24,000 nucleotides of DNA from an uncultured Desulfocapsa sp. (GTDB lineage Bacteria; Desulfobacterota; Desulfobulbia; Desulfobulbales; Desulfocapsaceae). A program made the translations under genes and the position numbers. The notes under the pieces are model-generated. The model worked only from the letters and a program-made list of their open reading frames with translations. It searched no databases and had not been told where the DNA came from. Positions 1-9,287 of the stretch are shown here, piece by piece (position 1 is the stretch's first letter; each line of letters starts with the position of its first letter). The stretch spans positions 40,594 through 64,593 of the forward strand of contig CAZIDU010000003.1 in NCBI GenBank assembly GCA_964538055.1, given 5' to 3'.

Positions 1-1653
1 GATAATGATGTCGGGCATGGGTATTTTGTGTTCGGTCATGGCACTAATGGTTAACTCGAGACTTCGGCCCGTAGACATGCCCCAGGCAAGGCTGTCACTG
101 TGGCTTTCAAGCAGGGAGAAAAGATGTCGCATGGAGGTGTCATCACCGACCAGAGTGTGGTCGATATCTGTGATCATCAATCGGTTCAGGCCAGTAAGCC
201 GCTTGCCGAACGAAGGACGCTGCCGTACGGGGTCTATTTCTTTGGATTTTTGAGCCTGCACTTTCATGGCTGGCAAAACATTGCCGAATTCGCGCATGGC
301 TTTTTCACAATGAGCCTGCCAGGAATAGTGGCTGCGTACCCCGTTGATTCCATTATTGGAAAAGGTGTTCCATGCCTCCTGATCTACGAGAATGGACAGG
401 ATAGCATTGCCAATTTCGACGGGGTTACCGGCATCAACCAGTATTCCGTTTTCACAGCTTGCAACTATGTCAACCGGTCCGCCATCGTTTGTGGCCACAA
501 TGGGAAGGCCACAAGCTGACGCCTCGATCAGTGTGATGCCGAAAGGTTCGGTCATGGCCGGGTTTACAAACACACCACCACTTTCTGCGCACAACCTGTA
601 GAGTTCCGGAACCTCTGTCTTAAATTCATGTTTTTTAGGTATAGCCAATTTTCCGTACAGGTCAAAGCGATCCATCTGGAGTAGCATCTCGGTGAGAACC
701 GATTGTTCATTTTTTTCCATCGTTACGATATCACTACGAATACCTGCAAACACAGCAAGATTGGCGATGGCTCGTAATTGTTTGTTAGTATTGTATGCCT
801 CAATCAAGCCGGCAATGTTTTTTCGATGGTCAGGTCGACATAGAGTGAGGATAAAAGGTTTTTCCGGGCGGGCCCAGAAGCGGTGTAGTTCTCCCAAGAG
901 CGTGAGCCTGGTTTGTTTAACTTCTTCGTTGAGAAGGTCACTGTCAAGCTGAGGATCATAATAGGGGTAAAAGGTTTCCAGATCGATACCGGGAGGGATG
1001 ACAGTAAATCTGTTATGGTTGCCTTTGCTATAGAGGCCGTACTGTTTATCTATCTCCTGCTGTGTGGAGGTGATAATCAGGCTGGCTTTTTCTATTATTT
1101 CCTCTTCTATATGAATGCGGGTGTTAATTTTATACTGTCTGTCAATCCTGACTTCACTGAGACCGTCATCCAGGAGCTTGGCCTTTTTGTTTCTCCCCAT
1201 GGAGTGACCGGTGAAAACGAAGGGTGTGTCAAAGGCGGCAGAAAGCGCCATGGCAACGTAGCCTGCATCAGCATAGTGGCCATGAAAGAGATCGGGGATT
1301 TTGTGTTGGGACTTGAGAAAACGAATTGTTCCATCAATAAATTCTTCAAGATGTGGCCAGAGGAGTTCTTTTCTGATGTATCTTTGACCACCGCAGCGGA
1401 TGCGAACAATTTGGACTTTCTCGGAGAGTGGTTCAATAGGGCAGGCGTACTCAGGGCCAACTGCTTTATCCCCAATAAGCCTGGTAACCAGGTCGACCTT
1501 GGCTACATCATCTCGTTCGCCTAGCGCCCTGGCTAACTCCAGGACATATTTTACCTGGCCACCTGTATCGGCGTCTCTACCAAGCTCCGGCATTTTTCCA
1601 CGGATCAAGCCGTGAATGCTGAAGAGTTGAATGTATAGTCCCTCGTATTTCAT
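1..1653 (-). CDS. sps: Sucrose-phosphate synthase (GT4 glycosyltransferase) with a C-terminal sucrose-phosphatase-like HAD domain. Partial: the 3' end runs off the window.
   Basis: This ORF is absent from the ORF track because it has no stop inside the window. I translated the minus strand by hand from the ATG at 1653-1651. It reads MKYEGLYIQLFSIHGLIRGKMPELGRDADTGGQVKYVLELARALGERDD..., which is the hallmark SPS N-terminal motif (HGLIRG..ELGRD.DTGGQVKY). It continues FTGHSMGRNK and IITSTQQEI. Near position 1 the same frame reads LMITDIDHTLVGDD, a HAD DxDxT-type motif typical of the SPP-like domain. The frame stays open for all 551 codons. Confidence 0.85.
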   Translation of the reverse strand, partial: MKYEGLYIQLFSIHGLIRGKMPELGRDADTGGQVKYVLELARALGERDDVAKVDLVTRLIGDKAVGPEYACPIEPLSEKVQIVRIRCGGQRYIRKELLWPHLEEFIDGTIRFLKSQHKIPDLFHGHYADAGYVAMALSAAFDTPFVFTGHSMGRNKKAKLLDDGLSEVRIDRQYKINTRIHIEEEIIEKASLIITSTQQEIDKQYGLYSKGNHNRFTVIPPGIDLETFYPYYDPQLDSDLLNEEVKQTRLTLLGELHRFWARPEKPFILTLCRPDHRKNIAGLIEAYNTNKQLRAIANLAVFAGIRSDIVTMEKNEQSVLTEMLLQMDRFDLYGKLAIPKKHEFKTEVPELYRLCAESGGVFVNPAMTEPFGITLIEASACGLPIVATNDGGPVDIVASCENGILVDAGNPVEIGNAILSILVDQEAWNTFSNNGINGVRSHYSWQAHCEKAMREFGNVLPAMKVQAQKSKEIDPVRQRPSFGKRLTGLNRLMITDIDHTLVGDDTSMRHLFSLLESHSDSLAWGMSTGRSLELTISAMTEHKIPMPDIII

Positions 1654-2133
1654 ACGTTTTCCAGAGATTGTAATTTCTCCATAGTTGTTACTTTTTTTTG
1701 CTATGGTATTAGGGCAGCTGTTACTTGTGATATTAAATGGAACACAATTTTCATGAAGTCATAATGTTGCAGAAAGGGCAGCGTGTCAGTCGTACGTGTT
1801 CAACGGCGGGGTGTGTTCTGGAAATGGGCGCACACTTTCCTTGTTGTTCATCTTGTTGTTTTTGTTTTTAGGAACGCTGACTCGTTGCAACTATTCTTCC
1901 ATGTAAACAAAACACAAAAGAACATAACGTATATGTTAGATTATCGCACAATGCTGAAGTTATGCAATAAGTTATTTAATTAGCATTTACTTCGTGCCGT
2001 TTCAGGGGTGGGATATGTTGGGATCTCTTGACCTCTTTCACCTAATTTAACTCTCCGTTCACACAAGATTTAACTGCAGGCAGATATTTGATATATCAAG
2101 GTTAATTTGTTGTAGGTAACTCAAGTTTAGGAG

Positions 2134-2262
2134 TTGACAAAAATACGACAAAAATCCACTAACCATCTCGAAGCAATGGTCAAACGAGCTATCAACTATA
2201 GAGTCCGGGCCGACTATCTTTTGATGGACACTTGGTTTTGGTTTTCAAAATTCTGGACTTGT
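2134..2262 (+). pseudogene. Relic fragment of a DDE transposase (IS4/IS1634-like). Only about 40-55 codons remain.
   Basis: The translation ...HLEAMVKRAINYRVRADYLLMDTWF... resembles the segment around the first catalytic Asp (Y-[VL]-L-[MA]-D-[ST]-W-F) of IS4-superfamily transposases. A stop lies immediately upstream (TAG at 2128-2130). The reading degenerates after WF, and the ORF runs into the 3' end of the convergent marC-family gene. I could not define terminal inverted repeats. Confidence 0.35.
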
Positions 2263-2295
2263 CGGCTCTGCAAGGGAAAGAATCAACCTTTCCTC

Positions 2296-2904
2296 TTACA
2301 TTGCGACAAGCTGACGAATCCCATCGGCAACAAACTGAATAGCTAGGGCAGCCAGGATGACACCGAGCAGTCGACGCAGGATATCATCTCCGGTACGACC
2401 TATCAAACGTCGTATATGACACGACAAAAGCATACTGAAAAGAACCATAATATAGCTGAGCAGTACTGCAAGAATCAATGCAGGGGTGTGTCCCGCACTG
2501 GAGCGATCAGCAAAAAGAAGAATCGTCAGAGTAAGACAGCCGGGTCCGGCAATCAGGGGGATAGATAGCGGATACACAGAAATATCGACCTGAAGATCAG
2601 CACACTGTTTCTGAATCTGTTTGCTGGTGATCATGCCAAAAGCAGTATAAAAGAGGAGCAGACCGCCAGCCACACGCAATGAGGCTATACTGATCCCCAG
2701 TCCAGTCAAAACCTGTTCACCTAAAAACCCAAAGAGAAGAACAATGACCGTTGAGATGAGTGCTGCACGGATGGCCATGCGACGAGAGTAGCTTCTGTCC
2801 TGACCATCTGTCAGCGTATGAAAGACAATAGCCGTACCGATCGGGTCAATAATGACGAAATAGCTGGTCAGAGCATGGAGTAAAATATCGAAATCCATCA
2901 CCAT
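2296..2904 (-). CDS. MarC family (UPF0056) integral membrane protein
   Basis: The 202-aa ORF is multi-pass and hydrophobic. The N-terminal FVIIDPIGTAIVF matches the (N/D)PIG signature of the MarC/YhgN family. Confidence 0.85.
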   Translation of the reverse strand: MVMDFDILLHALTSYFVIIDPIGTAIVFHTLTDGQDRSYSRRMAIRAALISTVIVLLFGFLGEQVLTGLGISIASLRVAGGLLLFYTAFGMITSKQIQKQCADLQVDISVYPLSIPLIAGPGCLTLTILLFADRSSAGHTPALILAVLLSYIMVLFSMLLSCHIRRLIGRTGDDILRRLLGVILAALAIQFVADGIRQLVAM

Positions 2905-2970
2905 CCCCGTCTCATAAGATCATTAATGACTTTATCACCATGCCGCCAATGCTTCAGCCCGCATTTCTCA

Positions 2971-3058
2971 TGAACATTTTGTTCGTTATGTATTAACAAT
3001 TTGTTTTAACTTCAAGATATCGAGTAATTACTAATTTGCTCAACTAACAAAATGTTCA
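2971..3058. repeat. Perfect 13-bp inverted repeat pair, tgaacattttgtt / aacaaaatgttca, separated by 62 bp
   Basis: Read directly from the sequence. The left arm is at 2971-2983 and the right arm at 3046-3058. The pair sits in the 366-bp non-coding gap upstream of the marC-family gene and downstream of the RND gene. Confidence 0.8.
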
Positions 3059-3271
3059 CCAAAGGCGAGTCGATATCGCCGCATCTCCGTCGTCTCCGAG
3101 CCAACAGGCATAGGTAATTATGGCCTGTTAACTCGTTCCTTGCATATGCGCCTCGCAAGAAGTACTCCTGGGGTGCAACCATCTCAACTCGTGAGAAATA
3201 CAGGCTAGCGCTACTTCCTCGTGATATTTGACTGCAACACAGGTTATCATTACCGTCAGAAAATGTCTGTA

Positions 3272-6200
3272 TTAAGCCGCTTCAATCTGCTTTTCGTGGG
3301 AACGCTTTTTCAGCATATAGTAGAGTACCGGCACCGCCATACGACTCACCAGCAGGGATGCAATCTCACCAAACATCAATGAAATAGCGAGACCCTGAAA
3401 AATCGGATCGGCGAGAATAACAGAGGCACCCACCATAACCGCAAGGGCGGTGAGGAGCATTGGACGAAAACGAACGGCTCCAGCCTCCACCACTGCTTCG
3501 GCAAGTGGCAGACCATGACTGATACGCAGCTCGATAAAATCCACGAGTATAATGGAGTTTCGGACCACAATTCCAGCACCGGCCATAAAGCCAATCATGG
3601 AGGTGGCTGTAAAAAATGCGCCGAACGCCCAGTGAGCAGGAAGCACTCCAAGCAGTGAAAAGGGGATGGCAGCCATCACCACAAGGGGCGTATAATAATC
3701 CTTAAACCAGCCCACCATAAGCATATAGATTAGGATCATAACCACACAGAAGGCTAGCCCGAGATCACGGAACACCTCCAGGGTAATATGCCACTCACCG
3801 TCCCATTTCATAGCTGGCTGGGCATTGGTGAAGGGTTGATTCAGATTGTAAACCTGAATCTTTTCAGAACTGCCACCAAAATCTGCGGGATTCAGCTCGG
3901 CGAGCCGTTTGTTCATATCAAAAATTGCATATACCGGGCTTTCAACGGATCCTGCAACATCGCCTGTCACATAGATAACAGGCTTTAAATTCTTACGATA
4001 AATCGGTTGTTCCACCGGAACTTCATCCACCTTCACCAGTTCACGCATAGGAACAAGCGGTGCCGTAGGATTCATGGTGGAACGCAGACCGATATTCAAT
4101 AATGCTTCGGTGGAAACCCGCATGGCACGTGGCAGTTCAAGGACAATATCAATACCTTCCTTATCACGCGGTTGATGGAAGATATCAATGGACATGCCCT
4201 GCATCCCAATCTGCACAGCACGAGTAATCTCTCCTGCTGATATTTGATTGAGAGCAGCCTTTTCCTTATCAACAGTGAGAACCAGACGACTACGATCGGC
4301 TTCCCGATACCAGTCCACATCCACGACTCCCTCTGTGGATTCGTAGATATCTTTAACAGCAGCGGCCAGATTTACCCTGTCGGCTTCAGTGGGGCCGTAT
4401 ATCTCAGATACCAGAGTTTGAAGAACCGGAGGACCCGGGGGAACTTCGGCAACAGCCACGGCAGCACCATATTTTTTTGCAATCTCAGCGATCGCCGGGC
4501 GCACCCGTACGGCAATGTCATGGCTTTTAAGGGTTCGTTCATGTTTCGGTAAAAGATTAACCTGAATATCAGCAACCGTCGGACCCTGACGCATAAAATA
4601 ATGCCGTACAAGACCATTAAAATTATAGGGAGAAGCCACCCCGGCATACACCTGGTAGTTTACCACGGCAGGATCATTCTTGATTACTTCCGCCATCTCA
4701 AGTGCAACCCTGCTGGTCTGCTCAAGAGTCGAACCCTCTGGCATATCAAGGATCACCTGAAATTCACTTTTATTATCAAAGGGGAGCATCTTCACTTTCA
4801 CCATGCCCAGATACACCATGGAACAGGCACCAAGCAGCATGGCCGAAATGGTCACAAAAAAGACAAACCGGGCAAATCCACTTGCTAAAAGCGGATCCAT
4901 AACTCTGTGATAGAACCTGGTGAAAAAATCATCGGGTGCATGATCTTCATCAACACCCGTTTCCTCAACTGCACACTCAGCCGGACTACACTTTTTGCGT
5001 AAAATTCGTATGGAAGCCCAGGGAGTGACGCTAAACGCAATGATCACTGAAAAAACCATGGCGGCAGAAGCGCCAATTGGAATGGGGCGCATATAAGGTC
5101 CCATCAGTCCACCAACAAAGGCCATGGGAAGGATGGCTGCAATAACAGCCAGGGTCGCAAGAATGGTGGGATTCCCAACCTCAATCACCGCCTCTATGGC
5201 AATCTTCACCATGGATTTATCTTTACTCTCGGGCAACCGTATATGACGCACAATATTTTCAACAACCACAATGGCATCATCCACCAGAATTCCGATGGAG
5301 AAAATAAGCGCAAAAAGGGTGATACGATTGAGTGTATATCCGTAGAGATAAAAAACCATCAACGTGAGAGCCAGGGTAGAGGGGATGGCCAGCATGACCA
5401 CCATTGACTCCCGCCAGCCAAGAAAAAAGAGAATAAGAACGGCCACACCAAAGACAGCAATCCCCATATGGAGAAGGAGTTCATTGGATTTTTCAGCAGC
5501 CGTCTCCCCATAATTTCTGGTTACGGCAACGGAGATATCAGCAGGAATCAATGTGCCTTTGAGGCTATCCACCTTCTCCAGCACTTCATCGACCACACTC
5601 ACAGCGTTGGATCCGGGTCGTTTGGCGATGGAGAGGGTCACAGCCGCTTCCTCGGAATGTCCAGCGGACGTTCCAAAGAGAACATAATTATCCGGCTCTT
5701 CAGGCCCGTCAAGGATGGTAGCAACCTCATCAAGGTAAACAGGACTACCACCATATACTCCCACCACAATACGACCGATTTCCTGGCTATTCTTTAGGAA
5801 TGTCCCGGTCTGCAGAAGTATTTCCTGATTCATCACCTTGACCTTACCACTGAAACTCTGGCGATTGGCTTGCTGCAGAGCAGGAATAAGCTCTGATACG
5901 GTGAGATTACGAGATGCAAGAAGGAGCGGATCAAATTGGATACGGACCTGCCTTCTAGTGCCGCCAATCAAGGTGGTCTCGGCCACATTATGGATACTTT
6001 TTACAGCATTATCCACCTCGGCAGCGAGACGACGCAGGGTGAAGTGATCATAGATTTTGGAATGGAAAGTGAGTGCCAGAATGGGAACATCATCAATAAT
6101 ATGTGGCTTGACGAGGGGAGGAGAAACACCATGGGGAATACGATCAAAATTAGTCGCAAGCTTCTGATTCAGGCGAACGATGGAACTGTCCAGATCTTCG

Positions 6201-6526
6201 CCCACATAAAAACGTACTACAAGTAGACTCTGACCCGCCATGGAGGTGGAGTAAATATACTCCACCCCGGGTAGCTCATAGAGCAGTTTTTCCATAGGAA
6301 TGGAAATACGCTGTTCCACTTCCTTAGGGGTCGCCCCTTCCATGGAAACCATGACATCAATCATGGGTACCTTAATCTGGGGCTCCTCTTCACGTGGCAA
6401 CAACAGTAAAGCCATGACCCCCAGAAGCATGGAGGCAAGTATGCCCACAGCTGTCAGCTTGGAATCAATAAAAGCTGCTGCCATTTTTCCGGCAAAACCC
6501 GGATTTTTGAATTCCTGACTCTTCAT
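3272..6526 (-). CDS. RND efflux transporter permease subunit (AcrB/CzcA superfamily)
   Basis: The 1084-aa ORF has the typical RND N-terminus (FIDSKLTAVGILASMLLGVMALLLLPREEEPQIKVP) and the 12-TM / two-large-loop layout. Its start codon overlaps the stop of the upstream adaptor gene (ATGA at 6526). Confidence 0.95.
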   Translation of the reverse strand: MKSQEFKNPGFAGKMAAAFIDSKLTAVGILASMLLGVMALLLLPREEEPQIKVPMIDVMVSMEGATPKEVEQRISIPMEKLLYELPGVEYIYSTSMAGQSLLVVRFYVGEDLDSSIVRLNQKLATNFDRIPHGVSPPLVKPHIIDDVPILALTFHSKIYDHFTLRRLAAEVDNAVKSIHNVAETTLIGGTRRQVRIQFDPLLLASRNLTVSELIPALQQANRQSFSGKVKVMNQEILLQTGTFLKNSQEIGRIVVGVYGGSPVYLDEVATILDGPEEPDNYVLFGTSAGHSEEAAVTLSIAKRPGSNAVSVVDEVLEKVDSLKGTLIPADISVAVTRNYGETAAEKSNELLLHMGIAVFGVAVLILFFLGWRESMVVMLAIPSTLALTLMVFYLYGYTLNRITLFALIFSIGILVDDAIVVVENIVRHIRLPESKDKSMVKIAIEAVIEVGNPTILATLAVIAAILPMAFVGGLMGPYMRPIPIGASAAMVFSVIIAFSVTPWASIRILRKKCSPAECAVEETGVDEDHAPDDFFTRFYHRVMDPLLASGFARFVFFVTISAMLLGACSMVYLGMVKVKMLPFDNKSEFQVILDMPEGSTLEQTSRVALEMAEVIKNDPAVVNYQVYAGVASPYNFNGLVRHYFMRQGPTVADIQVNLLPKHERTLKSHDIAVRVRPAIAEIAKKYGAAVAVAEVPPGPPVLQTLVSEIYGPTEADRVNLAAAVKDIYESTEGVVDVDWYREADRSRLVLTVDKEKAALNQISAGEITRAVQIGMQGMSIDIFHQPRDKEGIDIVLELPRAMRVSTEALLNIGLRSTMNPTAPLVPMRELVKVDEVPVEQPIYRKNLKPVIYVTGDVAGSVESPVYAIFDMNKRLAELNPADFGGSSEKIQVYNLNQPFTNAQPAMKWDGEWHITLEVFRDLGLAFCVVMILIYMLMVGWFKDYYTPLVVMAAIPFSLLGVLPAHWAFGAFFTATSMIGFMAGAGIVVRNSIILVDFIELRISHGLPLAEAVVEAGAVRFRPMLLTALAVMVGASVILADPIFQGLAISLMFGEIASLLVSRMAVPVLYYMLKKRSHEKQIEAA

Positions 6527-7572
6527 TAGCGTTTAATATCCACAGGTTGCCCATCCTGAAGCTTGTCATTGTTTCTGATAACCACCAGGTCACCAGGATC
6601 GAGTCCGGAAATAATCTCCACCTCACCATCGAAAACGGCTCCGGTTTTGATAAGTCTCATACGGGCAATTTTTTCTTTTTCATCAACCACAAATACGACT
6701 TCCATTTGTCCTCTGACCAAAACACCGGACTCAGCAAGCATCAAGGTCGATTCTCCGCTTCCCTCAAGACCAATACGCGCAAACTGTCCCACCCGAAGAT
6801 CAGGGCCGGAGAGTATATTAATTTTCACAGGAGCGGTACGAGACATTGGGTCGGCAGCAGGCGCTACCTCCGCCACTTCCCCCATCAGGACCAGCTCTGC
6901 AGCAGGAATCTCTACGGAGAGGCTATCCCCCTCCGAAACCTTCAGCAAAAGTCCCTCAGGAACCTGCGCCAGAACCTGTAAATTTTCACCATTCTCTATC
7001 TGTAGTAAAAGTTTTCCTGGAGACGCCAGATCCCCGATATTGGCAACCTTATTGGTGACTGTCCCTGAAAAAGGGGCTGTAATTATGGTATAATCCAGCA
7101 TGGTCTGGGCTTCTTTAAAAGCAGCTTCAGAAATACGAGTGACATCCATCAGGGCCTTCACAGTTTCCTGAGTGGAAGCACCCTGCTTCTGAAGACTGTT
7201 TTCGCGTGCCAGATTTCGACGGGCCTGGGACAGTTGGGCCTCAGCCTGTAATACCTTGGCTGAAATCTCACCGGCACTGATCTTAACCAGAACATCTCCC
7301 TTTTGTACCCTGGAACCGAGGACCACGGGCAGTTCAATGATCTGCCCGGAAATTCTTGCTGAAATAGAAGCCTTTTCAACAGCCACCAGAGTCCCCACAA
7401 CTTCGATACGCGATCTAACACGTTCCTCTGTTACCTCATCCACTTCGACCGCAACGGTTGCCAGGGGTGAAACCTCTGATTTTGCATGCTCCTCCTGCCC
7501 CTTACATCCTGGCAGCAGAACAACACCTGAAAGGAGCATTGCTCCGAACACCATATTATTCCAATTCATCAC
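6526..7572 (-). CDS. RND efflux periplasmic adaptor (membrane fusion protein, HlyD family), lipoprotein
   Basis: The 348-aa ORF has a signal peptide with the lipobox LLPGC. It shows a coiled-coil hairpin segment (AEAQLSQARRNLARE) and beta-barrel-like C-terminal repeats. It overlaps both neighbouring genes by 1-4 nt. Confidence 0.9.
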   Translation of the reverse strand: MMNWNNMVFGAMLLSGVVLLPGCKGQEEHAKSEVSPLATVAVEVDEVTEERVRSRIEVVGTLVAVEKASISARISGQIIELPVVLGSRVQKGDVLVKISAGEISAKVLQAEAQLSQARRNLARENSLQKQGASTQETVKALMDVTRISEAAFKEAQTMLDYTIITAPFSGTVTNKVANIGDLASPGKLLLQIENGENLQVLAQVPEGLLLKVSEGDSLSVEIPAAELVLMGEVAEVAPAADPMSRTAPVKINILSGPDLRVGQFARIGLEGSGESTLMLAESGVLVRGQMEVVFVVDEKEKIARMRLIKTGAVFDGEVEIISGLDPGDLVVIRNNDKLQDGQPVDIKR

Positions 7573-8921
7573 TTGCCCTCCCCTTCATTGGTCATTTCCT
7601 CAAATTGCGGCAACCCCATGGCCCTTAGTAAGTCTGCCCTTGCAACTTTTATATTTGCCTTGGCCACACTTTGCCTGACAAGGGCGTCGGTGAGTCGCAT
7701 CTCAACATCGATAAGATCTGAGGAGAGAATCACCCCTTCCTTAAATCTGCTTCTGCTGAGGCGCGCACTTTCCTCGGCCTGTTCAACCATCTTTTTCGTT
7801 ACTTCAAGACGCTGCACTGCCTGACGGTGGCTAAGATCTGCCTGCTTCATCTCAAGATCCATGCCGAGCCCTACTTTGGTGCGCTGCGCCTGTATGCTTG
7901 AAAGTGCAGCCATGGCCCGTGCCACATCGGCAGAGGTACGATTCCCCTCAAACAGACGATAATTGAGCTTTACTCCGGCCATCCAGGAATCACCGTTTCC
8001 ATCTGTGACATAGCCCTTATCATACTGATACGAAGCAAAACCATCCAGCGTGGGAAGATTTCCGCCACGAGCAGCCATAAGATTTACAGTAGCTGCCTCC
8101 TCCGCATGGGCAAGACTCTGGAGTTCCGGGCGTAAACTATAAGATCGTTCCTCCGGAACAGACTGATAACTCTCCTGTGTCGGATCAATCACCACAGCAC
8201 CATCCCGTAGACCGAGTAAATTAAGAAATATTTTCTGAGAAAGCTCCAGACCATGCTTTGCCAGGATGAGATTTTCACTGGCACGGGACTCCTGCACTTC
8301 AAGATTCAGCAAATCTTCCTTTAAAAGATCACCGGCATTAAAACGTGCCCGAGCGACGGACAAAGAGGCGCGTATAGCTGCAATGGATGCATTCCGCGCC
8401 GCAAGCATTTCTTCTGCCTGAACCATGGATTGAAAACTTCGTACCACCTCAAAGGAAAGACGGGAATGGATTGTTTCACGGTCCATGCGGGACTGGGCAA
8501 CCCCTGCCTCAGCCACCTCAACTCCTGCCTGATCACGACCTCCGTTATAGAAACGATACTCCACGCCAGCACGCAGACTCAAATCATCGGTGCGCCCGGG
8601 ATTGTTGAAGTCAATAGAGGGGCTGAATGTGCCCTGATTAAGGATATTACCAAAAGAATACATTGGATTATTGGTCTGCCCATACTGAGCCGAAACATCC
8701 ACACTCGGATAGTAGCCAACTCTTGCCTGATCGACTGCGGCAGTGGCCATGTTTATACGCTGCAGGGCAACACGGCTATCCGGGCTGTTAGCGAGTGAAA
8801 ACGCAACACTATTTCTTACAGTCCAGACATCAGGGATAACAGGAGTATCCCCGGAAGCAACAGAAACAACAGGACCTGCAAGAAGAACAAACAACAGAAC
8901 AATACTTCCCGGCTTGATCAT
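7569..8921 (-). CDS. TolC-family outer membrane efflux protein
   Basis: The ORF is open from 8993, but the ATG at 8921 starts a credible signal peptide (MIKPGSIVLLFVLLAGPVVSVASG). The body has the duplicated TolC-type repeat with long coiled-coil helices. Its stop overlaps the adaptor gene start. Confidence 0.9.
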   Translation of the reverse strand: MIKPGSIVLLFVLLAGPVVSVASGDTPVIPDVWTVRNSVAFSLANSPDSRVALQRINMATAAVDQARVGYYPSVDVSAQYGQTNNPMYSFGNILNQGTFSPSIDFNNPGRTDDLSLRAGVEYRFYNGGRDQAGVEVAEAGVAQSRMDRETIHSRLSFEVVRSFQSMVQAEEMLAARNASIAAIRASLSVARARFNAGDLLKEDLLNLEVQESRASENLILAKHGLELSQKIFLNLLGLRDGAVVIDPTQESYQSVPEERSYSLRPELQSLAHAEEAATVNLMAARGGNLPTLDGFASYQYDKGYVTDGNGDSWMAGVKLNYRLFEGNRTSADVARAMAALSSIQAQRTKVGLGMDLEMKQADLSHRQAVQRLEVTKKMVEQAEESARLSRSRFKEGVILSSDLIDVEMRLTDALVRQSVAKANIKVARADLLRAMGLPQFEEMTNEGEGK

Positions 8922-9077
8922 ATAAGAGACTCTTAGTAATAGAAGAACTGAAATTCCTTCGTAACTATTAAGAAGCACACCATCTTCGTCCATTTCGGAG
9001 TCTTCGCTTACCTGGCCTGCTTACATATAACTTCATATGCTGCGCAGTCAAAAATTAACGAATATGAGGCACTTCTG

Positions 9078-9130
9078 AACAGTTACAGCTCAGAAGTTAG
9101 GGCAATAGCGCGCCACTCCAAACAGTTACA
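9078..9130. repeat. 10-bp direct repeat aacagttaca, two copies 43 bp apart, upstream of the efflux operon
   Basis: Read directly from the sequence at 9078-9087 and 9121-9130. The first copy forms the loop and 3' side of a 7-bp hairpin (cttctga at 9072-9078 pairs with tcagaag at 9090-9096). Confidence 0.7.
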
Positions 9131-9287
9131 TTTCTTCAAGTTTAAAGGGACACAACTATTTAAGGAAAATCTTAAAGTGTACCCCATGTTACGCTGTAAC
9201 ACAAGACAGAAAACAAGAAATCTTCTCCAGTAAGTTTATATAATTCCGGATACGCGATGAAAAATGAAGAAAAAAATAGAAAGCAGA

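Noticed and set aside
5-1615. Several plus-strand track ORFs of 66-203 aa: 5-253, 100-519, 392-601, 692-952, 913-1524 and 1400-1615
   Set aside because: They all lie antisense to one continuous 551-codon minus-strand frame with unmistakable sucrose-phosphate synthase motifs. Their translations are low-complexity or Ser/Arg/Cys-rich shadow ORFs with no recognisable domains or SD sequences.
1783-1983. 66-aa plus-strand ORF in the sps-marC intergenic region
   Set aside because: It has a non-ATG start and no SD. The sequence is dominated by V/F/L runs arising from a T-rich tract (gttgtttttgttttt). It is more likely non-coding AT-rich junction DNA next to the IS relic.
9101-9115. Sigma54-like motif TGGCGC-N5-TTGCC on the minus strand, upstream of the efflux operon
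   Set aside because: The GG and GC dinucleotides are separated by 9 nt, not the strictly conserved 10 nt. No enhancer-binding-protein gene is nearby.
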